A stretch of DNA of 64,000 bases, from NCBI GenBank assembly GCA_947623595.1, contig CANQHC010000006.1, positions 1,005-65,004 on the forward strand, in the 5' to 3' direction. Of the stretch, positions 10,735-20,244 are shown one piece after another; position 1 is the stretch's first letter; every line of letters begins with the position of its first letter. The position numbers were made by a program, and so were the translations under genes. Source of the stretch: an uncultured Clostridia bacterium (GTDB lineage: Bacteria > Bacillota > Clostridia > TANB77 > CAG-508). The notes under the pieces were generated by a model. That model worked only from the letters and a program-made list of their open reading frames with translations, had not been told where the DNA came from and searched no databases.

Positions 10735-10790
10735 TTTGGTTTTCCCTCCTTCTTTTTATTTAATATGAAACCTCTTTCTGAGTAGTTTGC

Positions 10791-11189
10791 TTACCATACA
10801 TAAGCAAGAACTTCTCCTCCTAAACCTTCATTTCTTGCATCTTTATCTGTTTTTATTCCTTTTGAAGTAGAAATTAACGCAATTCCTAAACCATTTAAGA
10901 CTTGTGGTAATTCATCTTTAGAAGCATATACTCTTAATCCTGGCTTACTGATTCTTCTTAAACCTTCAATTACTCTGCTTCCTTTTTCATCATATTTTAA
11001 GGTGATGCGAATTACACCTTGACTATTATCATTTATTTCTTCATATGCAGAGATGTATCCTTCTTTAAATAGAATATCTGCAATTGATTTCTTTATATTA
11101 GAACTTGGTACATCTACTGTTTTATGTTTTTGACTATTTGCATTTCTAATTCTTGTTAACATATCTGCAATTGGGTCAGTTGTATTCAT
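10791..11189 (-). CDS. rpsH: 30S ribosomal protein S8
   Basis: ..[26 protein letters not shown].. ..GGEVLAYVW. Confidence 0.95.
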   Translation of the reverse strand: MNTTDPIADMLTRIRNANSQKHKTVDVPSSNIKKSIADILFKEGYISAYEEINDNSQGVIRITLKYDEKGSRVIEGLRRISKPGLRVYASKDELPQVLNGLGIALISTSKGIKTDKDARNEGLGGEVLAYVW

Positions 11190-11267
11190 TAATCTTTTCC
11201 CTCCTTTTTATTTTTACTTCTAGAAATCTGTTATTAAATTTAATTCAAATTTTCAACAAAATTCTCC

Positions 11268-11453
11268 TTACCAGCTTGCTTTTTTTACTCCTGGGATTTC
11301 TCCTTTATGAGCTAATTCTCTAAAACAAACACGGCAAATTCCAAATTTTCTAATATATGCATGTGGTCTTCCACAGATTTTACAACGATTATATTCTCTT
11401 GTTTTATATTTTTGTTCTCTTTGTTGTTTTACTTTTAAAGATTTCTTAGCCAT
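11268..11453 (-). CDS. rpsN: 30S ribosomal protein S14 type Z (zinc form)
   Basis: 61 aa; [38 protein letters not shown]. Confidence 0.93.
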   Translation of the reverse strand: MAKKSLKVKQQREQKYKTREYNRCKICGRPHAYIRKFGICRVCFRELAHKGEIPGVKKASW

Positions 11454-11484
11454 GAATTTCTCCTTTCTTCCTTTTACTACTTAA

Positions 11485-12024
11485 CTAGTTTTGAAAAGGC
11501 ATTCCTAATAAAGAAAGTAATTCTTTTGCCTCTTCATCTGTCTTGGCAGTAGTAACGAATATAATATCCATACCTCTAATTTTGTCAATTTTATCATATT
11601 CAATTTCAGGGAAAATCAATTGTTCTTTTACTCCCATTGAATAATTTCCTCTTCCATCAAATGAATGATTAGACACTCCTCTAAAATCTCTAACTCTTGG
11701 TAATGCTACATTAAATAGTTTATATGCAAAATCATACATCTTTCCACTTCTTAATGTAACCTTGCAACCAATATTAACACCTTCTCTAATTTTAAAAGCT
11801 GCAATTGCTTTTTTTGCTTTTGTTACAATTGGTTTTTGACCTGTAATAATTGTTAAATCATTCATTGTATTATCTAGTGCTTTTGGATTATCTTTCATAT
11901 CTCCTAAACCAACATTTATTACGATTTTCTCTAATTTTGGAACTTCCATAACAGATTTATAATTAAATTTTTTCATTAATGCTGGCACAACTTCTTTTTG
12001 GTATTGTTCTTTTAATATTTCCAT
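11485..12024 (-). CDS. rplE: 50S ribosomal protein L5
   Basis: ..[17 protein letters not shown].. ..[21 protein letters not shown].. is typical L5. Confidence 0.95.
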   Translation of the reverse strand: MEILKEQYQKEVVPALMKKFNYKSVMEVPKLEKIVINVGLGDMKDNPKALDNTMNDLTIITGQKPIVTKAKKAIAAFKIREGVNIGCKVTLRSGKMYDFAYKLFNVALPRVRDFRGVSNHSFDGRGNYSMGVKEQLIFPEIEYDKIDKIRGMDIIFVTTAKTDEEAKELLSLLGMPFQN

Positions 12025-12046
12025 AAGTCTTATTTAGACCTCCTTC

Positions 12047-12355
12047 CTATTTTATTTTGCTTCCGCATTTTTTGCAAACACGTACTTTTGTATCTCCTTC
12101 TACTAAATAACCTATTCTTGTAGGTTTGTTACACTTTGGACATACTACATTTACTTTGCTACTATCTATACTACATTCCACTGGAATGATTCCGCCTTCT
12201 TCTCCTTGTCTTTTAGGCTTAACATGTCTTTTACGAACATTAACACCTTTTACAATTACTTTTTGCGTTTTAGGAATTACTTCTAAAACTTCACCTGTTT
12301 TTCCTTTATCATTTCCAGATAAGACTTTAACAGTATCTCCTTTTTTGATTTTCAT
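12047..12355 (-). CDS. rplX: 50S ribosomal protein L24 (C-terminal CxxC...CxxC variant)
   Basis: MKIKKGDTVKVLSGNDKGKTGEVLEV.. KOW motif. Start set to the ATG at 12355, because the GTG at 12364 sits inside the AGAGGTG SD. C-terminus CPKCNK...CKKCG. Confidence 0.92.
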   Translation of the reverse strand: MKIKKGDTVKVLSGNDKGKTGEVLEVIPKTQKVIVKGVNVRKRHVKPKRQGEEGGIIPVECSIDSSKVNVVCPKCNKPTRIGYLVEGDTKVRVCKKCGSKIK

Positions 12356-12518
12356 TTTTTTCACCTCTTCTTTTATTTGATTATAAGAGTTATCTCATTT
12401 CAAGCTTCCATCAACAGTAACCAACGGAAGCTTCGATTAGCCTATGGGCTAATCTCATTAGCTTTCGCATCTTTAATCTGTAGAGCTCAAATGTCTGCAA
12501 GACATTTTCGCTAACAGA

Positions 12519-12887
12519 TTAAAGAACTTCAGGGGCTAATGACAATATTTTCATATAGTCTCCATCTCTCAATTCTCTAGCTACAGGCCCAAAGATACGA
12601 GTTCCCCTTGGTGTTTTATCTTCTTTTATTATAACTGCTGCATTTTCATCAAATCTTAAATAAGATCCATCTGCTCTTCTAATTGGCTTCTTTGTTCTTA
12701 CTACAACAGCTTTTACAACATCACCTTTTTTAACAACGCCACCTGGTGTAGCTGTTTTAACAGAAGCAACAATAATATCGCCTATACCAGCATATTTTCT
12801 ATATGATCCACCTAAACATCTGATACACATAATTTCTCTTGCACCAGTATTATCAGCAACTTTTAAGATACTTTGTTGTTGTACCAT
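12519..12887 (-). CDS. rplN: 50S ribosomal protein L14
   Basis: [23 protein letters not shown].. is canonical L14. Confidence 0.97.
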   Translation of the reverse strand: MVQQQSILKVADNTGAREIMCIRCLGGSYRKYAGIGDIIVASVKTATPGGVVKKGDVVKAVVVRTKKPIRRADGSYLRFDENAAVIIKEDKTPRGTRIFGPVARELRDGDYMKILSLAPEVL

Positions 12888-12905
12888 TTTTGCTTTCCTC
12901 CTTTT

Positions 12906-13169
12906 TTATTTAATAACTGCCTTTTCTACTATTTCAACTACTCTCCATCTTTTATCTTTAGAAAGTGGTCTTGTTTCCATTACTTTTACTTTATCGCCTT
13001 TTTTGCACTCATTGTTTTCATCATGTGCTTTTAATTTGTATGTTCTTTTTTGAATTTTTCCATACATTTTATTCATAACATTGGTTTCTACTGTTACTAC
13101 AACTGTTTTGTCCATTTTATCTGAAACAACAGTTCCAACTGTTACTTTACGAAGATTTCTTTCTTCCAT
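12906..13169 (-). CDS. rpsQ: 30S ribosomal protein S17
   Basis: ..[18 protein letters not shown].. ..[23 protein letters not shown]. Confidence 0.95.
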   Translation of the reverse strand: MEERNLRKVTVGTVVSDKMDKTVVVTVETNVMNKMYGKIQKRTYKLKAHDENNECKKGDKVKVMETRPLSKDKRWRVVEIVEKAVIK

Positions 13170-13188
13170 TTTAAGTTAATCTCCTTTC

Positions 13189-13389
13189 TTATTTAACTTC
13201 GTTAAGTTCTCTTTCTCTTAATACTGTTTTTATTCTTGCAATGTCTTTTTTCACTTCTTTGATTTTCATAGGATTATCTAAGCCATGTGTTGCTAAGCTG
13301 AATCTTAACTTAAACAATTCATTTTTTAGCTCTCCTAATTCTTTTTCTAATTCTGGTGAAGACATTTCTTTTATTTTATTTATCTTCAT
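13189..13389 (-). CDS. rpmC: 50S ribosomal protein L29
   Basis: [30 protein letters not shown].. Start at the ATG at 13389, overlapping the rplP 3' end. Confidence 0.9.
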   Translation of the reverse strand: MKINKIKEMSSPELEKELGELKNELFKLRFSLATHGLDNPMKIKEVKKDIARIKTVLRERELNEVK

Positions 13390-13819
13390 CACTATCACCA
13401 CCTATTTCTGTTTCTCTTTTGACAAACTTTGTTGTTACAGATAGCTTATTTCCTGCTAAACGAAGAGCTTCCTTTGCTACATCTTCTGGAACACCAGCAA
13501 TTTCAAACATTACTCTTCCTGGTTTTACAGGTGCTACCCAAAATTCTACAGCACCTTTACCTTTACCCATACGAGTACCAATAGGTTTTGCTGTCATTGG
13601 TTTGTCTGGGAAAATTTTAATCCAAACTTTTCCACCTCTTTTAATGTAACGAGTCATAGCAACACGGGCAGCTTCAATTTGATTAGATGTAATTAAACCA
13701 ATCTCTAATGATTGTAAACCATATTCTCCATCTGTAACTGTATTTCCTCTTGTTGCTTTTCCTCTGATTCTACCTTTTTGTTGTTTTCTATATTTTGTTC
13801 TTTTTGGCATTAATGGCAT
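13376..13819 (-). CDS. rplP: 50S ribosomal protein L16
   Basis: M(PL)[23 protein letters not shown]..; TAATG overlap with the rpsC stop. Confidence 0.95.
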   Translation of the reverse strand: MPLMPKRTKYRKQQKGRIRGKATRGNTVTDGEYGLQSLEIGLITSNQIEAARVAMTRYIKRGGKVWIKIFPDKPMTAKPIGTRMGKGKGAVEFWVAPVKPGRVMFEIAGVPEDVAKEALRLAGNKLSVTTKFVKRETEIGGDSDEDK

Positions 13820-14481
13820 TATCTGTCTCCTCCTTCCTCTTGCTTCTTTTTAGCTGGAAGAATTTCTCCTTTATAAATCCAAACTTTTACACCGATTTTT
13901 CCATAAGTAGTATCTGCTTCAGCAAAACCATAATCGATATCTGCTCTTAAAGTTTGAAGTGGAATTGTACCTTCTTTATAGAATTCTGTTCTAGCCATAT
14001 CAGCTCCACCAAGTCTTCCAGATACAGCAGTTTTAATTCCAAGTGCACCTGCTTTTAATGTTTTTTGCATACATTGTTTCATAGCTCTTCTAAAAGAAAT
14101 TCTTCTTTCTAATTGACCTGCAATATTCTCTGCAACTAATTGTGCATCTACATCAATATTTTTAACTTCTACAATATTTAGATTTACTGTTTTACCTATC
14201 ATTTTTTCAAGCTCAGCTTTTAATACTTCTGCTAGATTTCCACCTTTACCAATTACTAAACCTGGTTTTGCGGTATAAACATTTACTTTGACAAATTTAG
14301 CAGTTCTTTCTATTTCAATCTTTGAAATACCTGCAACATACAATTTTTTCTTAACATACTCACGGATTTTATGGTCTTCTACTAAATAATCTCCAAAAGT
14401 TTTCTTATCTGCATACCATTTTGAATTCCAATCTTTGATGATACCTACTCTTAATCCGTTAGGATCCATTTTTTGTCCCAT
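13819..14481 (-). CDS. rpsC: 30S ribosomal protein S3
   Basis: [24 protein letters not shown].. KH domain ..GLVIGKGG... Confidence 0.97.
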   Translation of the reverse strand: MGQKMDPNGLRVGIIKDWNSKWYADKKTFGDYLVEDHKIREYVKKKLYVAGISKIEIERTAKFVKVNVYTAKPGLVIGKGGNLAEVLKAELEKMIGKTVNLNIVEVKNIDVDAQLVAENIAGQLERRISFRRAMKQCMQKTLKAGALGIKTAVSGRLGGADMARTEFYKEGTIPLQTLRADIDYGFAEADTTYGKIGVKVWIYKGEILPAKKKQEEGGDR

Positions 14482-14500
14482 TTTGTTAAGTCCTCCTTTC

Positions 14501-14854
14501 TTAATCTCTTTCCTTTAACACTATCGTAATATGACTTGTTCTCTTTCTAATTCTTACTGCACTACCTTTTGCTGCTGGTCTAATTCTTTTTAGAGTTGGA
14601 CCTTGGTTTGCATAAATTTCAGCAACATATAGTTTTTCATGTGATAAATGATGATTGTTTTCTGCATTAGCAATTGCTGATTTTAACAATTTTTCAATAA
14701 TTTCACTTGATGCTTTTGGCGTATATTTTACAATTGCCAAAGCTTCATCAATATCTTTTCCTCTAATTAAATCTGCTACAATTTTTACTTTTCTGCTTGA
14801 AATTCTAGCATATCTTAGAGTTGCTTCTGCTGATTGTGTAATAACTTCTTCCAC
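14501..14854 (-). CDS. rplV: 50S ribosomal protein L22
   Basis: ..[32 protein letters not shown]... Confidence 0.95.
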   Translation of the reverse strand: MEEVITQSAEATLRYARISSRKVKIVADLIRGKDIDEALAIVKYTPKASSEIIEKLLKSAIANAENNHHLSHEKLYVAEIYANQGPTLKRIRPAAKGSAVRIRKRTSHITIVLKERD

Positions 14855-14919
14855 TTTATTTTCCTCCTTCTCTCTACTATTAAGTTTTTAAATTTATCCT
14901 CTTAAGATCATTTTCTATT

Positions 14920-15201
14920 TTATTTATCTGCTGATGTTGTTTTATCTCCAGAATGACCTTTAAATGTTCTTGTTGGTGCAAATTCACCTAATTTATGACC
15001 AATCATTTCCTCTGTAATATATACAGGTACATGTTTTCTACCATCATGAACAGCTATTGTGTGTCCAACCATTTGTGGATAAATAGTAGATGCTCTAGAC
15101 CATGTTTTAAGTACTTCTTTTTTACCACTCTCGTTCATTGCTTCTATTCTCTTTAATAGTTCTGGTGCAATAAATGGTGGTTTTTTGGTTGATCTTTCCA
15201 T
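14920..15201 (-). CDS. rpsS: 30S ribosomal protein S19
   Basis: ..[51 protein letters not shown]... Confidence 0.97.
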   Translation of the reverse strand: MERSTKKPPFIAPELLKRIEAMNESGKKEVLKTWSRASTIYPQMVGHTIAVHDGRKHVPVYITEEMIGHKLGEFAPTRTFKGHSGDKTTSADK

Positions 15202-15299
15202 TGATATTTCCTCCTTCTTTTTAATGTTACTTTTTCTCTAACTTATATAAGACTTGTTACTTTTTATTTGTATTTTCTACAAATATTTCATATAAACTT

Positions 15300-16133
15300 T
15301 TATTTTCTTCTCTTTGTTATAAATTTGTCTGTTTGTTTATTTTTCTTTCTTGTCTTGTAACCTAATGCTGGTTTACCCCAAGGAGTCATTGGTCCAGCGT
15401 GTCCTACTGGTGCCTTACCTTCACCACCACCATGAGGGTGATCTACTGGGTTCATTACAGAACCTCTAACTGTTGGTCTAATTCCCATATGTCTTTTTCT
15501 TCCGGCTTTACCTAATTTAATATTTTCATGATCTGTATTTCCAACAGTTCCAATTGTTGCTTTGCAAATAGACATTACTAATCTCATTTCTCCTGAAGGA
15601 AGTCTAACATGTGCAAATTTTCCTTCTTTTGCCATTAATTGAGCTGCTTGCCCTGCACTTCTTACTAACTTTCCACCTTGTCCTGGATTTAATTCTATAT
15701 TGTGAATCATTGTACCTACTGGAATGTTTTCAATTTTCATGCAGTTACCTGGCTTGATATCAGCTCTATCTCCAGAAACTACTTTGTCACCATCTTTTAA
15801 TCCTATTGGTGCTAGAATATATGCTCTTTCTCCATCTTCATATTCAATTAAAGCAATATTAGCAGTTCTGTTTGGATCATATTCAATTCCGATTACAGTA
15901 GCTGGCATATTTTCTTTATTTCTTTTAAAATCAATTATTCTATATTTTTTTCTATTTCCACCGCCTTGATGTCTTACAGTAATTCTTCCATAAGAATTTC
16001 TACCTGCATTTTTCTTTTTAGTAGCTAATAAAGATTTTTCTGGTTCTTTTTTTGTAATTTCTTCAAATGTAGAAACGGTCATGTTTCTTCTTGAAGGTGT
16101 ATATGGTTTAAATCTTTTTGTTCCCATTCTCAT
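15300..16133 (-). CDS. rplB: 50S ribosomal protein L2
   Basis: ..FKPYTPSRR.. ..[18 protein letters not shown].. ..[16 protein letters not shown]... The start (16133 or 16127) has no obvious SD. Confidence 0.95.
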   Translation of the reverse strand: MRMGTKRFKPYTPSRRNMTVSTFEEITKKEPEKSLLATKKKNAGRNSYGRITVRHQGGGNRKKYRIIDFKRNKENMPATVIGIEYDPNRTANIALIEYEDGERAYILAPIGLKDGDKVVSGDRADIKPGNCMKIENIPVGTMIHNIELNPGQGGKLVRSAGQAAQLMAKEGKFAHVRLPSGEMRLVMSICKATIGTVGNTDHENIKLGKAGRKRHMGIRPTVRGSVMNPVDHPHGGGEGKAPVGHAGPMTPWGKPALGYKTRKKNKQTDKFITKRRK

Positions 16134-16374
16134 TCAAAACTTTTAAAATTTCACTTTTATTAGTAAGATTTCATAAATATTTTATCTATATATAAATATA
16201 AAATATTTTTCATCTTTCTTATATGCTAACTTTTAAAAGTTTCTTCCTCTCTTTCTTTATAAATTTACGGACTTTTTCCTGTTCCGTGTACAGCTATTCT
16301 TTATTCTCCGGGTTCTTTCCCGATAATTTTCTTTAGATTCATTTGAATTTTTTATTGTATAAGCTAAAAAATCC

Positions 16375-16722
16375 TTAAGCTCCCATAAAATGTTCAATTG
16401 AATCTTTATATTTCTTAGCAACTTTAGTTTCTTTTCCGCCTTTTGCTAAATATGTCATTTCAGCTGGATTTGTATCAATTGTAACAATTGCTTTTTTCCA
16501 ATCAGAAGTTTTTCCTGTTGTTTTACCCATTCTTTTTTCTTTTCCTTTTACTGATACTGTATTAACATTTAAAACTTTTACTTCAAAAAGTTTTTCTACT
16601 GCATTACGAATATCAATTTTAGTAGCTTTTTTATTTACTTTAAAGGTATACTTTCCAGCTTGTAATCCATCATTACTTTTTTCTGTAATAACTGGAGCAA
16701 TAATAACATCTTCTGCTCTCAT
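16375..16722 (-). CDS. rplW: 50S ribosomal protein L23
   Basis: ..DVIIAPVITEKS.. ..YTFKVNKKATKIDIRNAVEKLFEVKV... Start overlaps the rplD stop. Confidence 0.9.
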   Translation of the reverse strand: MRAEDVIIAPVITEKSNDGLQAGKYTFKVNKKATKIDIRNAVEKLFEVKVLNVNTVSVKGKEKRMGKTTGKTSDWKKAIVTIDTNPAEMTYLAKGGKETKVAKKYKDSIEHFMGA

Positions 16723-17345
16723 TATGCGTACACCTCCTCTAATTTTTTAACAGTATCTACTGTTACTACAAGATTTTTATGTTTTAATAAATCATAAACA
16801 TTTATTGTTCCTACTTGAAGAGCTTTTACTCCTTCAATATTTCTTGCAGATTTTTGAATAATATCATTTTTTTCTGGTAAAAGAATGACTGTTTTTCCTT
16901 CTACTTTTAAGTTTCCAAGGATTCTTGCCATTTCTTTTGTTTTAATTTCTTTTAATGATAAGTTATCTACTACTACTAATTCATTTTCTAATACTTTTGA
17001 ACTAAGCATTGATTTAATTGCTAATCTCTTTTCCTTTTTATTTACTGTATAATTATATGAGCGTGGTTTTGGTCCTAATGCAACACCTCCACCTACCCAA
17101 TGTGGTGCACGAATGCTTCCTTGTCTTGCTCTACCAGTACCTTTTTGTCTCCATGGTTTTCTACCACCGCCAGATACTTCGCTTCTAGTTTTGGTACTTT
17201 GTGTACCTTGTCTTTGATTAGCTAGGTAGTTTACTAAAACACTATGTACCACTGCTTCATTTGGTTTTAACCCAAAGATTTCTTCTTTAAGTTCCATAGT
17301 TTTAACTTTTTTACCTTCTATATCGTATACGTCTATCTTAGGCAT
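16722..17345 (-). CDS. rplD: 50S ribosomal protein L4
   Basis: ..RQGTQSTKTRSEVSGGGRKPWRQKGTGRARQGSIRAPHWVGGG... Confidence 0.95.
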   Translation of the reverse strand: MPKIDVYDIEGKKVKTMELKEEIFGLKPNEAVVHSVLVNYLANQRQGTQSTKTRSEVSGGGRKPWRQKGTGRARQGSIRAPHWVGGGVALGPKPRSYNYTVNKKEKRLAIKSMLSSKVLENELVVVDNLSLKEIKTKEMARILGNLKVEGKTVILLPEKNDIIQKSARNIEGVKALQVGTINVYDLLKHKNLVVTVDTVKKLEEVYA

Positions 17346-17362
17346 TTGTCTTTCCCTCCTTA

Positions 17363-17995
17363 TTATTTACTTTTTACACTTGATTTTAGTTTTAAGATTG
17401 CACCTTTTGCTCCTGGTACACTACCTTTTACTAAAATAGCATTTTTGTCTAAATCTACTTTTACAACTTCTAAGTTTTGAATTGTAACTGTTTCATTTCC
17501 CATATGTCCTGGTAATTTTTTACCTTTAAATACTCTACCTGGTGTAGATGTTGGACCCATTGAACCTGGTCTTCTATGATACATAGAACCATGTCCCATA
17601 GGTCCTCTTGATTGACCATGACGTTTTATAACACCTTGGAATCCTTTTCCTTTTGAAGTACCTTGAATATCTAATTTATCTCCTACTGCAAAAGTATCTG
17701 CTTTTATCTCATCACCTACTTTTACATTTTCAATAGAATCTACTCTAAATTCTCTTAAATGTTTTTTAGGTGTTAATTTAACTTTTGTATAATGTCCTTT
17801 TACTGGTTTGTTTACTTTATGTTCTTTAACATCTCCAAACCCTAATTGAATACCATTGTATCCATCTTTTTCAGCTGTTTTTACTTGTACTACTGTACAA
17901 GGACCAGCTTCAATTACTGTTACTGGAATTACTTTTCCTTGTTCATCAAATATTTGTGTCATTCCAACTTTTTTTCCAATTAATCCTTTATTCAT
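17363..17995 (-). CDS. rplC: 50S ribosomal protein L3
   Basis: ..[29 protein letters not shown].. ..[12 protein letters not shown]... Confidence 0.95.
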   Translation of the reverse strand: MNKGLIGKKVGMTQIFDEQGKVIPVTVIEAGPCTVVQVKTAEKDGYNGIQLGFGDVKEHKVNKPVKGHYTKVKLTPKKHLREFRVDSIENVKVGDEIKADTFAVGDKLDIQGTSKGKGFQGVIKRHGQSRGPMGHGSMYHRRPGSMGPTSTPGRVFKGKKLPGHMGNETVTIQNLEVVKVDLDKNAILVKGSVPGAKGAILKLKSSVKSK

Positions 17996-18021
17996 TTTCT
18001 TTCCTCCTATACGTTTCCGTA

Positions 18022-18240
18022 TAAGTTATCCGTAACTGGCTAACTTAGCTTCGCATTGCTTGCGCTCTGCTTCATCTAAGTTATCTGTAACTGGCTAACT
18101 TAGCTTCGCATTGCTTGCGCTCTGCTTCGCCTAAGTTATCTGTAACTGGCTAACTTAGCTTCGCATTGCTTGCGCTCTGCTTCGCCTAAGTTATCCGTAG
18201 CTCGCTTTGCTTCGCACGGCTAACTTAACTATTGGCTACC
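18022..18240. repeat. 55-bp tandem repeat: 3 near-identical copies plus 1 degenerate copy in the rpsJ-rplC spacer
   Basis: Units start at 18022, 18077, 18132 and 18187. Unit: TAAGTTATC[C/T]GTAACTGGCTAACTTAGCTTCGCATTGCTTGCGCTCTGCTTC[A/G][T/C]C. Clearly richer in G+C and CpG than the flanks. Confidence 0.95.
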
Positions 18241-18289
18241 TTGTAATTTGTTTGTGTAATGGTAGCTTGGTTTTTAAGGACTTTATTCC

Positions 18290-18622
18290 TTATAGTTTGA
18301 TTTCTATGTCAACACCAGCTGGTAAATCTATTTTCATAAGATTATCTACTGTTTTTTGTGTTGGATAAAGAATATCAATTACTCTTTTATGAGTTCTCAT
18401 TTCAAATTGTTCTCTTGAATCTTTGTGCATGTGTGGAGAACGTAAGATTGTAATAATCTCCTTTTCTGTTGGTAGTGGAATAGGACCTGATACTTTAGCT
18501 CCTGTTTTTTTAGCAGTATCTACTATAATTTCAGCAGACTGTTCTAAAACAACTGAATCATAAGCTTTAAGTCTTATTCTGATTTTCTCACTTGTTACTG
18601 CATTTTCTTTTTTTGTTGCCAT
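18290..18622 (-). CDS. rpsJ: 30S ribosomal protein S10
   Basis: ..[40 protein letters not shown].. ..[10 protein letters not shown]; GAAGGAGGG SD. Confidence 0.95.
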   Translation of the reverse strand: MATKKENAVTSEKIRIRLKAYDSVVLEQSAEIIVDTAKKTGAKVSGPIPLPTEKEIITILRSPHMHKDSREQFEMRTHKRVIDILYPTQKTVDNLMKIDLPAGVDIEIKL

Positions 18623-18877
18623 CTTAAATTTCCCTCCTTCTAATTTTTTCAGGCTTTTTAGCCCTTATTTTGGTCGGAAGTTATAACGCACCCTAGTGTT
18701 TCTTTTTTTACCAATATAAAAACCCAAGCTTGCATGATAATTCTTGGGATAAGTGCTTTATTTTTAAACTTACCGCCTGGTCTAAGCCATAACATACTCC
18801 ATAAGAGTTCCCTCCAAATACTAAAAAATATGTATTTGTAGCCACATCTTACTTCATCGCTAAATACATGCTTAAAT

Positions 18878-18906
18878 ATTATACATTACTATACCAATAA
18901 AGTCAA
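18878..18906 (-). promoter_or_regulatory. Sigma-A-type promoter of the S10 operon
   Basis: Minus strand reads TTGACT-17 nt-TATAAT, about 255 nt upstream of the rpsJ ATG. Confidence 0.7.
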
Positions 18907-18949
18907 CACTTTTTATTGAAAAAGTGTTTCAATCGATATTCGTATCAAT

Positions 18950-18978
18950 TTTACAATATAAGCATTTTATGCTATAAT
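18950..18978 (+). promoter_or_regulatory. Sigma-A-type promoter of the orphan plus-strand gene
   Basis: TTTACA-17 nt-TATAAT, followed by the ACTTGG-CTTA-CCAAGT hairpin and a GAAGGTG SD. Confidence 0.6.
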
Positions 18979-19026
18979 TAAGGTAACTTGGCTTACCAAG
19001 TAATCTTATAGAAGGTGTTGGTGTTA

Positions 19027-19455
19027 GTGTTGAAACGCGAATTTCTAGTGGTTTTCCACTTGAAACAGCCCCATCGTCCGGAGCAATTTGAAAAGCTAAA
19101 AAATGCACTACAAGAAATTAATTTAGTGCACCCCGACGACGCGGTCGGAGCATACATTTCTCGCGTAGGCCAGAGCCGGGACAGGCTCATCTTGAACATT
19201 CCAAATCTCAATAAATCAGTAAAATTTTCCGTTATTGATGATCAAGAGGTCATCGAAAAAAACATTAGGTTTTGCAATGTTGCTGTCTCGCTTCGGAGCT
19301 GCATCGTAATTAACTCTCTTTACAGCGATGAAACAAATAATGGAACTTATGAAACTTTAGACATTCGCTTTTTAGTAGCGAAGAGCGATAAAAGTGAACA
19401 GTTAAAAGTGCTAGATGAGTTCTATGAATCTCTTTTTGACGGAGAGGAGGATTAA
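19027..19455 (+). CDS. Hypothetical protein with acidic C-terminus; compositionally foreign
   Basis: Long open frame (track 19015-19455). Several in-frame GTG/TTG starts occur at 19015-19030; I prefer the GTG at 19027, 9 nt after GAAGGTG. The 5' half is markedly GC/CpG-rich compared with the rest of the window. Own promoter and terminator. No family recognised. Confidence 0.6.
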   Translation: MLKREFLVVFHLKQPHRPEQFEKLKNALQEINLVHPDDAVGAYISRVGQSRDRLILNIPNLNKSVKFSVIDDQEVIEKNIRFCNVAVSLRSCIVINSLYSDETNNGTYETLDIRFLVAKSDKSEQLKVLDEFYESLFDGEED

Positions 19456-19474
19456 TAATACCCACACAACTTCA

Positions 19475-19507
19475 AAAACCCACTCACAAGTGTGAGAGGG
19501 TTTTTGT
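19475..19507. terminator. Hairpin plus T-run terminator between the convergent orphan gene and spoVG
   Basis: AAAACCCACTCACA-AG-TGTGAGAGGGTTTTTGT. Confidence 0.7.
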
Positions 19508-19524
19508 ATTATTAAAATTATTTA

Positions 19525-19812
19525 TTATTCTGCTGATTCTGTATTTGTAGGCTCTTCAGCTTCAGGAGCTTCATAAGCTTCTAAAATAGCTTTTTGAATT
19601 TTTTCTCTTGTCTCAGCATTGATTGGATGTGCTATATCCTTAAATTCTCCGTTTGGAGTTTTTCTGCTTGGCATAGCAATAAATAATCCATTTTGACTTT
19701 CGATAACTTTAATGTCATGAACAACAAATTCGTTATCAAATGTCACAGAAGCAACAGCTTTCATTCTGTTTTCTGAATTTACTTTTCTTAAACGTACATC
19801 TGTTATTTGCAT
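19525..19812 (-). CDS. spoVG: Septation/sporulation protein SpoVG
   Basis: [65 protein letters not shown].. is canonical SpoVG. Start at the ATG at 19812, after GGAAGGTGG. Confidence 0.93.
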   Translation of the reverse strand: MQITDVRLRKVNSENRMKAVASVTFDNEFVVHDIKVIESQNGLFIAMPSRKTPNGEFKDIAHPINAETREKIQKAILEAYEAPEAEEPTNTESAE

Positions 19813-20244
19813 TTTGCGTACCACCTTCCGAGTTTATTTTTGTACATATTTTTATGTATGTACATTTATATTATTCGCCATATTTTTCTTTTTTCCTTCT
19901 TTATTTTACAAATTTTCTTTAAAAGTTTTTATTTTTATTTTTATTATGTACCATTATTCATTTTTTATTCATATAATATAGCAGTTTTACTAAAAATATT
20001 GAAAATTTATGATATAAAGTATATAATAGCATTTGAAGTTTTTTATCACATAAAAAACTTCCTAAAACTTTTAGTTAAACTTTTAGTTTCAGAAAGAAAT
20101 TGAAAATATTCTTTTATTTTCAATAAATTTTTTGTTAGAAATTTTCGAAGTAGTAAAGTGGTTAAGCTATTTTAGTTTGCCAAATAAATAAGTAGCATCT
20201 ATATTGTTATTTTAAATATAAAAAAATTAAAGGAGTGTATTACT

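Noticed and set aside
2359-16000. Many plus-strand ORFs from the track lie inside the ribosomal-protein cluster. Examples are 2359-2667, 2791-3180, 6605-6949, 7724-8323, 12126-12380, 13356-13649, 14655-14891 and 15724-15969.
   Set aside because: They lie antisense within well-supported minus-strand genes. Their products are low-complexity and Ser/Phe/Leu/Ile-rich, they have no SD, and they are typical shadow ORFs.
18022-18240. The 55-bp tandem repeat as a CRISPR array.
   Set aside because: The repeats are directly adjacent with no unique spacers, and no cas genes are present. It is a plain tandem repeat inside an operon.
18993-19211. 72-aa minus-strand ORF.
   Set aside because: It lies antisense to the longer plus-strand orphan gene, which has a promoter, SD and terminator. 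It exists only because the region is GC-richer.
19740-20103. Plus-strand ORFs 19740-19922 and 19807-20103.
   Set aside because: One overlaps spoVG antisense. The rest lies in the extremely AT-rich spoVG-murC intergenic region, and the products are Phe/Ile/Tyr/Leu low-complexity.
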